From contig JAYQJO010000001.1 of NCBI GenBank assembly GCA_038142205.1, forward strand, positions 973,615-1,037,614: a DNA stretch of 64,000 nucleotides, written 5' to 3'. The notes beneath the pieces were generated by a model, which worked only from the letters and a program-made list of their open reading frames with translations, was not told the DNA's origin and did not search any database. Shown in pieces: positions 21,324-31,371 of this stretch. Position 1 is the stretch's first letter, and each line of letters begins with the position of its first letter. The stretch comes from Pseudomonadota bacterium (lineage in GTDB: Bacteria; Pseudomonadota; Gammaproteobacteria; Eutrophobiales; Eutrophobiaceae). The translations under genes and the position numbers were made by a program.

Positions 21324-21360
21324 AAAAAAGCCGCAGTGATTCATAACCACTGCGGCTTTT
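21324..21360 (-). terminator. Rho-independent terminator after the molybdoenzyme gene
   Basis: AAAAAAGCCGCAGTG-loop-CACTGCGGCTTTT. Confidence 0.85.
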
Positions 21361-21381
21361 ATTTTGTCGTCCTTAATTTAA

Positions 21382-23502
21382 CTAACTAGCAGCTTCTACC
21401 TGCACTAAGTTATCGAAGAACGTCGGACAATGTCCCATTTCGCCAAACTCAGCAGAGCTAGTCATATTCACTGTGCCATTGTTGAGTTGTCGCCAGTAGC
21501 CCAGCGTTGCTACACACACACCTGCGTTTACATCATCAGAGACTTGCGCAACACCATCGAACGCACCGCGATCGTTAAACACTTTTACTGAATCGCCATC
21601 ATTAATACTACGTGACTGTGCATCAGCCGGATTAATAATAACGAACTGTTCACCCTGGTCTTTTTGTTTCATGTTTTCATAACAAGAGTTCAGAAATGCA
21701 TGACTCTTTGGTGTAACAATGTTTAGTGGATATTTCTTTGCCATTTCCGGGTTCGTTTCGGGGCGTTCATTTGCTCCCATATAATCCGGTAGTTCTGGGA
21801 GATCTTCGCCTGGCTGGAAACCTTCGTACATTTGTCTGAACGGTGCAGCGACAAAGTTCTTTGCACCTTCGATTTTGAAGTTACATTTGCCATTCGGTGT
21901 TGGGAAGTTACCTTCTTTATGTGGACAACGATCATCTTTAGTACCGACGTTCAAACGGGCAAAACCATTTTTGCGCAGGTATTCCAAATCGATGCCATCA
22001 CACGCTGGCGAATCCCAATCGACAAAATTTTCCAGGCATTCTGAATCAGACCAATGTAAACGCTCATCCTCATAACCCATTTTTTCAGCGAGACGGCGGA
22101 AGATTTCATTATTCGGAATTGCTTCTCCCGGAGACTCAACGCTCTTAGCGTTATACGTTAAATATAGATGTCCCCATGAAAGGATGATGTCTTCCATCTC
22201 TGCACCCATTGATGCAGGCAGAAGAATATCTGCATAGGATGCGGTATCAGTTATAAAGTGCTCTGCGGCAACATGGAAGAGATCTTCTTGTTCAAGTCCT
22301 GCAACAACTTTATCTGCTTCCGGTGATTGTGTAACTGGATTGGTATTCCATGTCATGACCGACTTAATCGGTGTTTTCAGATTTTGTTCGCCCGTCAATG
22401 CACGACCCAATTGCAGAATACTGACCACTTGCGTGCCTTCAGGAATTAATTCAGGTGCGCAGATAACATCAAACTTGTAAGGATGTTCCCAAACAGGAAA
22501 TTGCGTCACACCACCGCCAACATGACGCCAGGCACCGGTTAATGCTGGAATGCTGGATACTGCACGAATAGTTTGGCCGCCACCATAATGACGTTCTAAG
22601 CCCACGCCCATACGAATTGCAGCAGGTTGTTCGGTTGCCAGTTCTTTTGCCAGTTTGCGAATATCATCTGCTGGCACACCCGTGATTTTTTCTGCCCATT
22701 CCGGTGTATGTATCTTGGAATGTTCCTTCAGATCCTCATAACCTTCGGTATAGTTATCAACGTAATCTTGATCAACCAAACCTTGCTCGATAATACTGTG
22801 GATGACTGCCATAGCTAATGCGCCATCAGTAGCGGGTTTCGGTGCAATATGCCAATCGGCCTGTTTAGCTGTTTTTGATTTATACGCATCAATAACAACG
22901 ACTTTCGCACCTTTTTGTTGTGCCTCTTTAACTATCGCCCAGTGATGTAGATTAGTGCTAACGCTGTTACAAGCCCAGATAACGATATATTTCGAATGAA
23001 TATAACTCTCGACATCGACACCAGCTGTTGGGCCAACAGTTAATAACCACGCGGTACAAGAACCTTCTCCACAATAAGTACGTTCGCATACTGTCGCGCC
23101 CATTCGATTAAAGAAGGCATCGCCGCCATTTAAACCGTGGACTAAACCTTGATGGCCTAAATAACTTACGGGAAGAATAGATTGCGGACCGTATTCTTCA
23201 ATTAGAGCTTTCCATTTATCGGCAATGGTATCGAAGGCTTCGTCCCAGGTAATTTGTTCAAATTGCTTGCTGCCTTTAGGGCCAACACGCTTCATTGGGT
23301 GGAGTAAACGATCTGGATGATAATGCCGTTTTTCGTAGTCTTTGAGTTTAACGCAGAGTCCGCCTCTGGTCATAGGATGTTCTTTGTTTCCTCTTACACC
23401 GATGACTTTACCGTCTTCAATATCGAATACCATCGCGCAGGTATCCGGACAATCATGAGGACAACCACCAAATGCGGTCTCCACTTTTGGGTTCGCAGCC
23501 AT
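21382..23502 (-). CDS. DMSO-reductase-family molybdopterin oxidoreductase (YoaE-like, substrate unknown)
   Basis: CPHDCPDTC..GGLC Fe-S motif, RTYC putative metal ligand, T..ADILLP, C-terminal MGD-binding domain; GAGGTG RBS; no Tat signal. Confidence 0.88.
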   Translation of the reverse strand: MAANPKVETAFGGCPHDCPDTCAMVFDIEDGKVIGVRGNKEHPMTRGGLCVKLKDYEKRHYHPDRLLHPMKRVGPKGSKQFEQITWDEAFDTIADKWKALIEEYGPQSILPVSYLGHQGLVHGLNGGDAFFNRMGATVCERTYCGEGSCTAWLLTVGPTAGVDVESYIHSKYIVIWACNSVSTNLHHWAIVKEAQQKGAKVVVIDAYKSKTAKQADWHIAPKPATDGALAMAVIHSIIEQGLVDQDYVDNYTEGYEDLKEHSKIHTPEWAEKITGVPADDIRKLAKELATEQPAAIRMGVGLERHYGGGQTIRAVSSIPALTGAWRHVGGGVTQFPVWEHPYKFDVICAPELIPEGTQVVSILQLGRALTGEQNLKTPIKSVMTWNTNPVTQSPEADKVVAGLEQEDLFHVAAEHFITDTASYADILLPASMGAEMEDIILSWGHLYLTYNAKSVESPGEAIPNNEIFRRLAEKMGYEDERLHWSDSECLENFVDWDSPACDGIDLEYLRKNGFARLNVGTKDDRCPHKEGNFPTPNGKCNFKIEGAKNFVAAPFRQMYEGFQPGEDLPELPDYMGANERPETNPEMAKKYPLNIVTPKSHAFLNSCYENMKQKDQGEQFVIINPADAQSRSINDGDSVKVFNDRGAFDGVAQVSDDVNAGVCVATLGYWRQLNNGTVNMTSSAEFGEMGHCPTFFDNLVQVEAAS

Positions 23503-23636
23503 ATGACACACCTCTTTAGGTTTTATAATTGTATTCTTTAAGTATGTCGATGATACGCCTAAAAATACAAAATAATAACCATGTTTATAACAAGGTTAAT
23601 TCAAGAAGTGCTTTTATACTGCTACTTTTAGCAAAT

Positions 23637-24212
23637 TTAATGTAATTTCACTTTGTTCGTTGGTTCTGAGCAATGTACTAACCTTGAACGCCAGTAATTT
23701 ATTGATTGGCTGTAAATATATTGTTGTGCGGGCAATAACTCGATGTGCGGGTGATGGCAGACATTATTTAATTCTTTAACAATATTAGCGGCCAAATGTG
23801 CACAGGGCCGCTGGCTATATTGCGTTATTAAATAAAATATCCTTGCCTGTAAACGATCAAGTGATGTCGGCTCTTTTTCTTTAAGTATGGTCACTTCTTC
23901 GCGGATAGCTTGCTCTTCTTTTTCATTCACGCTATTTCTCCTGAATAAATATTCATAATCTTTACTAATTTGTCTTAATGATTTGGCATATGAACGTAAT
24001 AAAACAGACTCTTTATTATCTTTTTCCATAGAAATTAAAGAAGCCGCACATGCCAATAAAAAGAGTTCTTTAATCAATTTATTCGTAGTTATTTTATTTG
24101 CCTGTATAAGCACGTCTGGCTTTATTGCCTTTGATTCAAATAATTTACAGACATCAGCTGATGTCCAATTTACATAATAAGTTTTATTCAAAGCTATAAT
24201 TTTTCTTAGCAT
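23637..24212 (-). CDS. Hypothetical protein with Cys/His-rich C-terminal domain
   Basis: 191-codon ORF fills the intergenic gap; RPCAHLA..VCHHPH..YWRSR; start uncertain. Confidence 0.6.
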   Translation of the reverse strand: MLRKIIALNKTYYVNWTSADVCKLFESKAIKPDVLIQANKITTNKLIKELFLLACAASLISMEKDNKESVLLRSYAKSLRQISKDYEYLFRRNSVNEKEEQAIREEVTILKEKEPTSLDRLQARIFYLITQYSQRPCAHLAANIVKELNNVCHHPHIELLPAQQYIYSQSINYWRSRLVHCSEPTNKVKLH

Positions 24213-24264
24213 TATTTTTTATCTAATTGAATATATTAGTTAATCTTATTTCTTTATAAATACG

Positions 24265-24283
24265 AATGATAACGATTATCATT
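24265..24283. promoter_or_regulatory. Fur box
   Basis: AATGATAACGATTATCATT, a 9-1-9 inverted repeat with one mismatch to AATGATAATnATTATCATT. Confidence 0.75.
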
Positions 24284-24369
24284 TAATTAAATATTTATGT
24301 CAACAAACTTTGAATTTGTTAATGAATGCGATGTAATCTACATATCGATATAAATGTTTAATTAAATGA

Positions 24370-25233
24370 ATGACTGATCCAACTTCAAAATTACAGGCAA
24401 ATGGTTATGTAGCAGATGCACCGCTAACCACAACGCTTGAGCTAATGGAAAAACTGCAACGCCCTCTCCTATTAGAAGGCGAAGCCGGTGTCGGCAAAAC
24501 AACGATTGCTAATACACTGACTAAAATTTATCAATGCGAGCTGATTCGTTTGCAATGCTATGAAGGTCTCGATGTGCAGTCTTCTGTTTATGAATGGAAT
24601 TACTCAAAACAATTATTGTGGATAAATTTGCAGAAAAATCAGAATGCCGAGCTGGATATAGAGCATATCTTTACCCGGGACTTTTTACTCGAACGCCCCC
24701 TGTTAAAAGCAATCAATCAACAAAAACCTGTAATTTTATTAATCGACGAGATTGATCGGGCCGATGAGGCTTTTGAGGCCTACTTATTGGAATTACTATC
24801 GGAATATCAGATTAGTATCCCGGAACTAGGGACAGTTAAAGCTCAAACCATACCGCGCGTAATATTAACCTCTAACGGTACGCGTGAATTAAGCGATGCG
24901 CTTCGCCGTCGCTGTTTATATCATTACCTTGATTACCCGGATAGTCAGCGTGAATATTTAATTCTTGAACAATCTATTCCACAATTAAATGAAAAATTGA
25001 ATCATCAGATTGTTAATTTTATTCAGACCTTACGTCAACAAGACTTGCAGAAATGTCCAGGCGTCGCTGAAACACTGGATTGGGCAGCCGCATTAATCGG
25101 CATGGGAGTTAAAGATTTGTATGAATCTAAGGAGTTGATTACAAAAACATTCAGTTGTTTATTAAAAACACAGGAAGATATTGAATTAATTGATGCAGAG
25201 ATACTGGATACGTTACTAACGTCGACAGCATGA
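24370..25233 (+). CDS. MoxR-family AAA+ ATPase (CoxD-like)
   Basis: LLEGEAGVGKT, RLQCYEGLD, LLIDEIDRAD, TSNGTRELSDALRRRC, PGVAETLDW. Confidence 0.92.
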   Translation: MTDPTSKLQANGYVADAPLTTTLELMEKLQRPLLLEGEAGVGKTTIANTLTKIYQCELIRLQCYEGLDVQSSVYEWNYSKQLLWINLQKNQNAELDIEHIFTRDFLLERPLLKAINQQKPVILLIDEIDRADEAFEAYLLELLSEYQISIPELGTVKAQTIPRVILTSNGTRELSDALRRRCLYHYLDYPDSQREYLILEQSIPQLNEKLNHQIVNFIQTLRQQDLQKCPGVAETLDWAAALIGMGVKDLYESKELITKTFSCLLKTQEDIELIDAEILDTLLTSTA

Positions 25234-26354
25234 ACAATGCTCAATTCAGTAAGCGCATTACCAACTTTGTTCATCATCTGCGTGATAATGGACACACCAT
25301 TGGCATCAAAGAACTCGCTGATAGCATGCAAATCATTAGCGAGCCCAATCACCCTGATAAAGAATTAACCAAGCATTGTTTACGTTCTTTATGTTGTCGC
25401 AGTAAGGAAGAATGGCAACAATTCGAGCATTTATTCAACATATATTGGTATCAGGAAACGCTCGAAGAGAAAACTAATACTAAGAAAATAAATACACCCG
25501 TTATAAATAAAAGTGGCGGACTGGTCAGTGGCATGGCTGGCACAACATCGTATTTTGAAACCTTATCCAACTCAGCAGCAAAAGGCGGCGGAAAACAAAA
25601 AACAATTGCAAAAGCTGATTTTCGTTTTCTGAATAACCATCATGCCATGCGCGAAGCCGAAGCACTTGCAGAAAAACTGGCAATACAACTCAAGGCTCGC
25701 ACGCGTATGCATCGAAAAATCCAGTCCACGGGGAATAGGATGGATATGCGTCATACTCTTAGACGTAGCATGTCCAGTGGTGGCGTACCGCTTAAACCAA
25801 TGTTCAGCGTTAAATATAAAAAGCCGCCACATCTGGTTTTACTGCATGATGTTTCTCATTCCATGAACTGGAACAATCCATTGCTGTTTCGATTTGCCCG
25901 TGGTTTGATTCGAGCTTGTCCTGATAGTGAGGCCTTTGTCTTTCACACGCACTTGTTTTGTGTCACCGATATTTATCGTGAAAAGTCGATTACACAGATG
26001 CGGGAAAAACTGGAGTCAAATAATCACCTCTGGTTGGGCGGCACTTGCATCGCTGAATCACTAGAGTTTTTTAACAAACAACATTCACAAGCAACACTAC
26101 GCAAAGACAGTATAGTTATCATAATCAGTGATGGTTTTGATACGGACGCGCCGGACTTTCTAGTTGAGCAGTTAAAAAAGATCAAAAGCAACTGCAAACA
26201 AATCCTTTGGCTAAACCCAATGCTAGGTCGAGAAGGTATTACTATCGACGATGATGAAACTATGTTGGCGGCGAAACCTTTTGTTGATCAATTTGCAGCG
26301 GCACATAGTGTCGATGCCTTACGTCATGTCATTTACAAAATAAGACTGAAATAA
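25230..26354 (+). CDS. VWA domain CoxE-like protein
   Basis: DVSHSM MIDAS, GGTCIA, IISDGFD, WLNP; 4-bp overlap with the MoxR gene. Confidence 0.9.
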   Translation: MNNAQFSKRITNFVHHLRDNGHTIGIKELADSMQIISEPNHPDKELTKHCLRSLCCRSKEEWQQFEHLFNIYWYQETLEEKTNTKKINTPVINKSGGLVSGMAGTTSYFETLSNSAAKGGGKQKTIAKADFRFLNNHHAMREAEALAEKLAIQLKARTRMHRKIQSTGNRMDMRHTLRRSMSSGGVPLKPMFSVKYKKPPHLVLLHDVSHSMNWNNPLLFRFARGLIRACPDSEAFVFHTHLFCVTDIYREKSITQMREKLESNNHLWLGGTCIAESLEFFNKQHSQATLRKDSIVIIISDGFDTDAPDFLVEQLKKIKSNCKQILWLNPMLGREGITIDDDETMLAAKPFVDQFAAAHSVDALRHVIYKIRLK

Positions 26355-26430
26355 TTACTAAAAACCATACCTCGCTCTCCTAAACGTCTGTTATTTCTTA
26401 ATTTAACTCGTAATAAATCACAACTTTTCC

Positions 26431-26458
26431 TAAAGAATATAGTGAAAAGCGTCGATAA
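26431..26458 (+). promoter_or_regulatory. Possible sigma28 (FliA) promoter
   Basis: TAAA-N16-GTCGATAA, near the consensus TAAA-N15-GCCGATAA. Confidence 0.4.
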
Positions 26459-26503
26459 AAAGCATGTATACACATATTCTAAATATTAATGTAAGGAAAT
26501 ATT

Positions 26504-28127
26504 ATGGCTCTCTGGAGTTTGAAAGGTAAAAAAGTTCTGATTATTGATGATTTTCAGGAAATGCGTGCCTTGCTTAAGTCAATGGTTGTATCACTTATGC
26601 CAGACTTAATCGAGTTAGCACAAAATGGCGAAGAAGCGATTGAGTTTATGGAAAATAACGCTTTCGATATCGTCTTTTGTGATTACAACCTGGGCAAAGG
26701 TAAAGACGGACAACAAGTTTTAGAAGAGGCAAAGCACAGAAAACTGCTGCCCTATTCTGCTATTTATATTATGACGACGGCAGAAAACTCATCAGACATG
26801 GTCATGGGTGCGATCGATTACACCCCAGATGATTATATTTCCAAACCATTTAATCGTTCGCTTATCCACTCTCGTTTAAAGAAGCAATTAGATAAAAAAG
26901 ACAATCTGGGTAAAGTATCCGCCGCCTTATCAAATAATAATTACAACAAAGCGATTCAACTTTGTGATGCATTACTGATAAATAAACCGTCCAATCGTCT
27001 GGATATTTAAAAAGTGAAAGGCGAACAACTCAGTAAAACCGGTGAATACGATAAAGCCGCAGGCTTATATGAAAGCATCATCGAAGAAACGGATATACCT
27101 TGGGCCTATCTGGCATTAGGTAAAGTTCGCTGTTTTCAGAAGAAATATGAGGAAGCAATCGAAGTATTTGAAGGTTTAATAAAAGAAAATGCATCCAATG
27201 TTGCTGCTTATGATTGGTTGGCTAAATGTTACGAGGAAACAGGTGAACTGAAAAAGCCCAGGAAATGCTAAAGATAGGTGCGTTAAAATCACCAAAGTCA
27301 TTAGTCAGACAAAAAAATTAGCAGAAGTCGCTTATGAAAACAATGATCTTGAGACATCGGAGTCGGCTTATGAAAATGCTATTCAAGTTGGTCAACATTC
27401 GTGTCACAAGCAAGCGGATATTTATAATGGTCTGGCAAAAACATTAGTCGATTCCGGTAAAACGGATGCGGCATTAAATATCGCTAATAAAATATCAGAA
27501 GATTTCCGTAATGACTCAAATGCTGAAATGGTAGCCTCAGTAACCAAAGGCATTATAAACACATCTACGGGAGATAAAGCAGCTGCAGAAGAAAACTTGG
27601 AAATGGCTATGGGGCTGTTTAAACAAGATCCGCAAGGACTATCAAATGACATCGCACTTGAACTTACCGATTTATGCCTGACATCTGGCAAAGATGACGA
27701 AGCGAATGAAATCTGTAAAAACCTGATCGCAAACAATCACGATAATGAAATGCTTTTAGAAAAAACAAAGAAAGTTTACAGCGATGCGGGCAAGAAAAAT
27801 ATTGGCGAAGAATTAATCAAGCAAACTACTTCTGAAATTGTTGATATTAATAATAAAGGAGCGCTTTTACTCAGAGAAGGAAAGCTGGAAGAGTCTATAG
27901 AGTTATTTATGCGCGCTGCACGTGGTATGCCGGACAATATAATTGTCAACCTGAATGCCGCTTTCTCAATAATGCAACAGATGCAAAAAACAGGTCAAAT
28001 TAAAAAATATTCTCCTCGCGTTGAGAATTACCTGGAACGAGTACACAAACTCGACCCATCAAACAAGAAGTATCATGAACTGATGGGGATGCTACATCAC
28101 ATTAATCTGGACTCACAAGCAGCATAA
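26504..28127 (+). CDS. Response regulator receiver + TPR-repeat protein (three lesions: TAA 27008, A5 27251, A7 27311)
   Basis: LIIDD, FCDYNL, TTAE, YISKPF receiver motifs; TPR helices; ORF pieces join after correcting homopolymer-associated lesions. Confidence 0.82.
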
Positions 28128-28155
28128 AACAGAAACAAGACATAAGGGAAATATT

Positions 28156-28851
28156 ATGAGTGCCGTGCCAAAATTCGATTACTCCACCCTTCTTGCTCAT
28201 TCTATTCATGAAGTGAAGAACTCACTTAACATGTTATTAAATTCCGTCGATCATGTGTTATCTACTTCTGAACATTACGATGCTGACGCAAATAAAATAC
28301 TGTCGAAAATACAATATGAAGGCAAACGTGTTAATGATGATCTTGTTGGCTTGTTGGCTATTTATCGAATTAATAACAAGCAATATAACGCTAATATTGA
28401 TGAGCATAATGTATATGACTTCCTTCAGGAAAATATTGCACAGCATGAAGTTATGCTGAGACACAGAGGTATAAAAAAGAGACTCGAATGCGATGAAAGC
28501 TTATATGGTTTTTTTGATCGTGATTTAATCACCGGGATTCTCAGCAATGTGATTAATAACCTTTATAAATACACCAAGGATCAATTATTCATTTCTGCTT
28601 TTGAAGAAGACGAGTTTCTCGTAATTAAAATAAAAGACAACGGCCCCGGATATCCTGAGCACATGATTATTTCAAATAAGGAGATTACTAATGAAAATAA
28701 CATCAGTTTTGAAAATGCAAATACAGGCTTAGGCTTATACTTTTCCAAACTGGCCGCCGAGATTCATAAAAACAAAGGCAGACATGGTTATATCACAACA
28801 ACAAATGAAGGCGTTAACGGTGGCAGCTGTTTTTCTATTTACTTACCGTAA
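28156..28851 (+). CDS. Cytoplasmic sensorless histidine kinase
   Basis: H-box SIHEVKNSL, N-box NVINN, DNGPGY, TGLGLYF; no TM or sensor domain. Confidence 0.88.
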   Translation: MSAVPKFDYSTLLAHSIHEVKNSLNMLLNSVDHVLSTSEHYDADANKILSKIQYEGKRVNDDLVGLLAIYRINNKQYNANIDEHNVYDFLQENIAQHEVMLRHRGIKKRLECDESLYGFFDRDLITGILSNVINNLYKYTKDQLFISAFEEDEFLVIKIKDNGPGYPEHMIISNKEITNENNISFENANTGLGLYFSKLAAEIHKNKGRHGYITTTNEGVNGGSCFSIYLP

Positions 28852-28916
28852 AAAAAATTGAAACTTTTTTAAAACAAGAGGTCAATAAGCGTAAATAATA
28901 TCTATTTCCGATAAAA

Positions 28917-29718
28917 ATGCGCCAATTACTTACTTTACTATTACTCTGTATTTCCCTACCTACTTTTTCTTTTGATCTTTCACACAGTGCTTTTGATGTA
29001 ATATTAGATAAATCTGTTATAGAAAAAGGTCCGCAAACAGCAGTCGATTATGATTATCTGTATAATAATCCGGACCCGCTAAACAAATACCTTGCAAGCC
29101 TTGAAGCTGTTTCCAAAAAGCAATTTGATAACTGGAGTAAAAATAATCAAATGGCTTTTCTGATCAATGCGTATAACGCTTTTACAATAAAATTGATTCT
29201 CAATAATTATCCTGGCATCGAATCTATACGTGAACTGGGCGGTTTTTTCTTCAATAGCCCTTGGGATATTGAGTTTTTTAAACTGTTTGGTAAAGATGCA
29301 AACCTGGGATATATCGAACACAAGATATTGCGTAAGAAATACAATGATCCACGTATTCATTTCGCAGTAAACTGCGCATCTAAAGGCTGCCCAGCATTAC
29401 AGAAAAAGGCTTATGTTGGTGAAAAGCTTGATGCGCAGCTTGAAAATGCCTCTATACAATTTTTACGTGACCCGGAGCGTAACCGCTTCAATAAAGAAAA
29501 AACAGCTCGAAATTTCATCCATCTTTAAATGGTTTGAAGCTGACTTCATCAAAAATGGTTCTCTACAAAATTTTATTGCACCCTATATTAGTGACGATCC
29601 TGAAGTTCTCGCATTATTAAAAGATAAAAGTAGTAACAAAGGTATAGGCAGTGTGCTAAATAGAAGTTCGGTCAACATCAAATACCTTAATTACGATTGG
29701 GAGTTAAATAAAAAATGA
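28917..29718 (+). CDS. Exported DUF547 domain protein (frameshift at A6 29497-29502)
   Basis: Signal peptide, AFLINAYNA, IEHKILR, DPRIHFAVNCASKGCP; second frame SSIFKWF..YDWELN. Confidence 0.85.
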
Positions 29719-31052
29719 CAGCCCTTCTTGAGAAACAATGGCTTGAATCGAAAGAAAAAGCCAAAAATGCCATGATAAATGCAGATTGTTGGTCGAAACA
29801 ACAACAAATGGGACGTCGCTGGGCAATTGGTTGTGTCGCGCTTGAAATAACACAACGTTGTAATCTTGATTGCACGCTATGTTATCTATCAGAACATTCT
29901 GAAGCTGTTGCTGATATTCCTATTGAAGAGATATATCGACGTATTGATGAAATCTATACTTTATACGGCCCCAAAACAGATATTCAGGTGACAGGAGGCG
30001 ATCCAACACTAAGAAAGCGTGATGAGTTAATTGACATCATTCGCTATATCAAACAAAAGAATATGCGTTCGACCATGATGACAAATGGTATACGCGCAAG
30101 CCGCTCCTTATTAACTGATCTGGCTCAAGCAGGGTTAAATGATGTCGCCTTCCATGTTGATACAACACAAAATATTAAAAACGCGACTGATGAAAAATCC
30201 TTAAATGAAAAACGTGAAAAGTATATTAATAATACAAAAGGCTTGGGCCTTTCTGTAATGTTTAATACCACTATCCATAAAGATAATTTTCATGAAATAC
30301 CTGATTTAATAAACTTCTTTATTAAACATGCAGGCTCTATCAGAACAGTATCATTTCAGTCACAAGCAGACACAGGACGCGGCGTAGCCGGCAAGCGTGA
30401 TGCAGTAATCAATCAGGAAACAGTCTGGAATAAAATTGAAGAAGGCCTTGGTACGACGCTTAATCACGAAGCAATAAGAACAGGACATAAGCACTGTAAT
30501 CGTTATGGCATGAGTGTTATTACAAATAATAAAGCCTACGACCTACTAGCAGATTCGAACCTAATCGGTGAATTACAAGAAAGTACTGCGCATATTACAC
30601 TTGATAGAAAGTACAAACTGAAAACGGCCGCTAAACTTATTCGTTGGTATATGACTCACCCCAAATATTTTTTTACTATTGCTGCTTACTTGTCAGGTTT
30701 ATTAAACAAAATCAAAAAAGATTTTATACTTGCTAAAGGTAAAGTACATACGCTCTCGTTCTTTACTCATAACTTTATGGATGCATGTGAACTTGATGAA
30801 GAAAGAATTGATGCGTGTGTATTTAAAACAATGACCAAAGATGGACCCGTAAGCATGTGTGCTCATAATGCAAAACGTGATGATTATATCTTGCAGCCTA
30901 TCCCAATTGTAAAAGAACAGGAAATTCAATTCTGGCACCCGCTTGACGCAAAACTTTATAAAAATAATCCCGAAATTTTAATAACAAATCCGAAAAAATA
31001 CCCACAAAAAAAGCAAAAAGGCAAAACCCGGCTATCTAACTGTTCTAATTAA
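29715..31052 (+). CDS. Radical SAM protein (COG1964/MJ0619-like C-terminus)
   Basis: CNLDCTLC, TGGDPT, TNG; C-terminal HKHC, HNFMD..ERIDAC..DG..SMCAHN. Confidence 0.85.
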   Translation: MTALLEKQWLESKEKAKNAMINADCWSKQQQMGRRWAIGCVALEITQRCNLDCTLCYLSEHSEAVADIPIEEIYRRIDEIYTLYGPKTDIQVTGGDPTLRKRDELIDIIRYIKQKNMRSTMMTNGIRASRSLLTDLAQAGLNDVAFHVDTTQNIKNATDEKSLNEKREKYINNTKGLGLSVMFNTTIHKDNFHEIPDLINFFIKHAGSIRTVSFQSQADTGRGVAGKRDAVINQETVWNKIEEGLGTTLNHEAIRTGHKHCNRYGMSVITNNKAYDLLADSNLIGELQESTAHITLDRKYKLKTAAKLIRWYMTHPKYFFTIAAYLSGLLNKIKKDFILAKGKVHTLSFFTHNFMDACELDEERIDACVFKTMTKDGPVSMCAHNAKRDDYILQPIPIVKEQEIQFWHPLDAKLYKNNPEILITNPKKYPQKKQKGKTRLSNCSN

Positions 31053-31195
31053 AGAAACGCCTATTCCGGCTAATTTTCATCTTATTTCATCCACTTTTTC
31101 ACAGCGAACTCATTTTAATTTTGTTGCTTAGTTAAGATCCTGAATTATTTCGCTTTTTTAATTTCTTACCTCAATTTTTAATTTTTTTACCCAAG

Positions 31196-31204
31196 TTATC
31201 CACA
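31196..31204 (+). promoter_or_regulatory. DnaA box upstream of nrdA
   Basis: Perfect TTATCCACA. Confidence 0.65.
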
Positions 31205-31233
31205 GCTAATACTAAGCTAAGGCACAGGGAAAT

Positions 31234-31281
31234 ACACATTATCTTGTGGTTGAGTGAGCACTTGACCACATGTTATTGTGG
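31234..31281. promoter_or_regulatory. Tandem NrdR boxes
   Basis: ACACATTATCTTGTGG (31234) and CCACATGTTATTGTGG (31266), 32 bp apart, upstream of nrdA. Confidence 0.8.
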
Positions 31282-31371
31282 TGATATACATTCTTTTACA
31301 AAATAAACATAAACAAGTTTCGAGCTGTTTTTCTTAAATCTTGTAACAAAAATATAACTGGAGGGGTGTAA

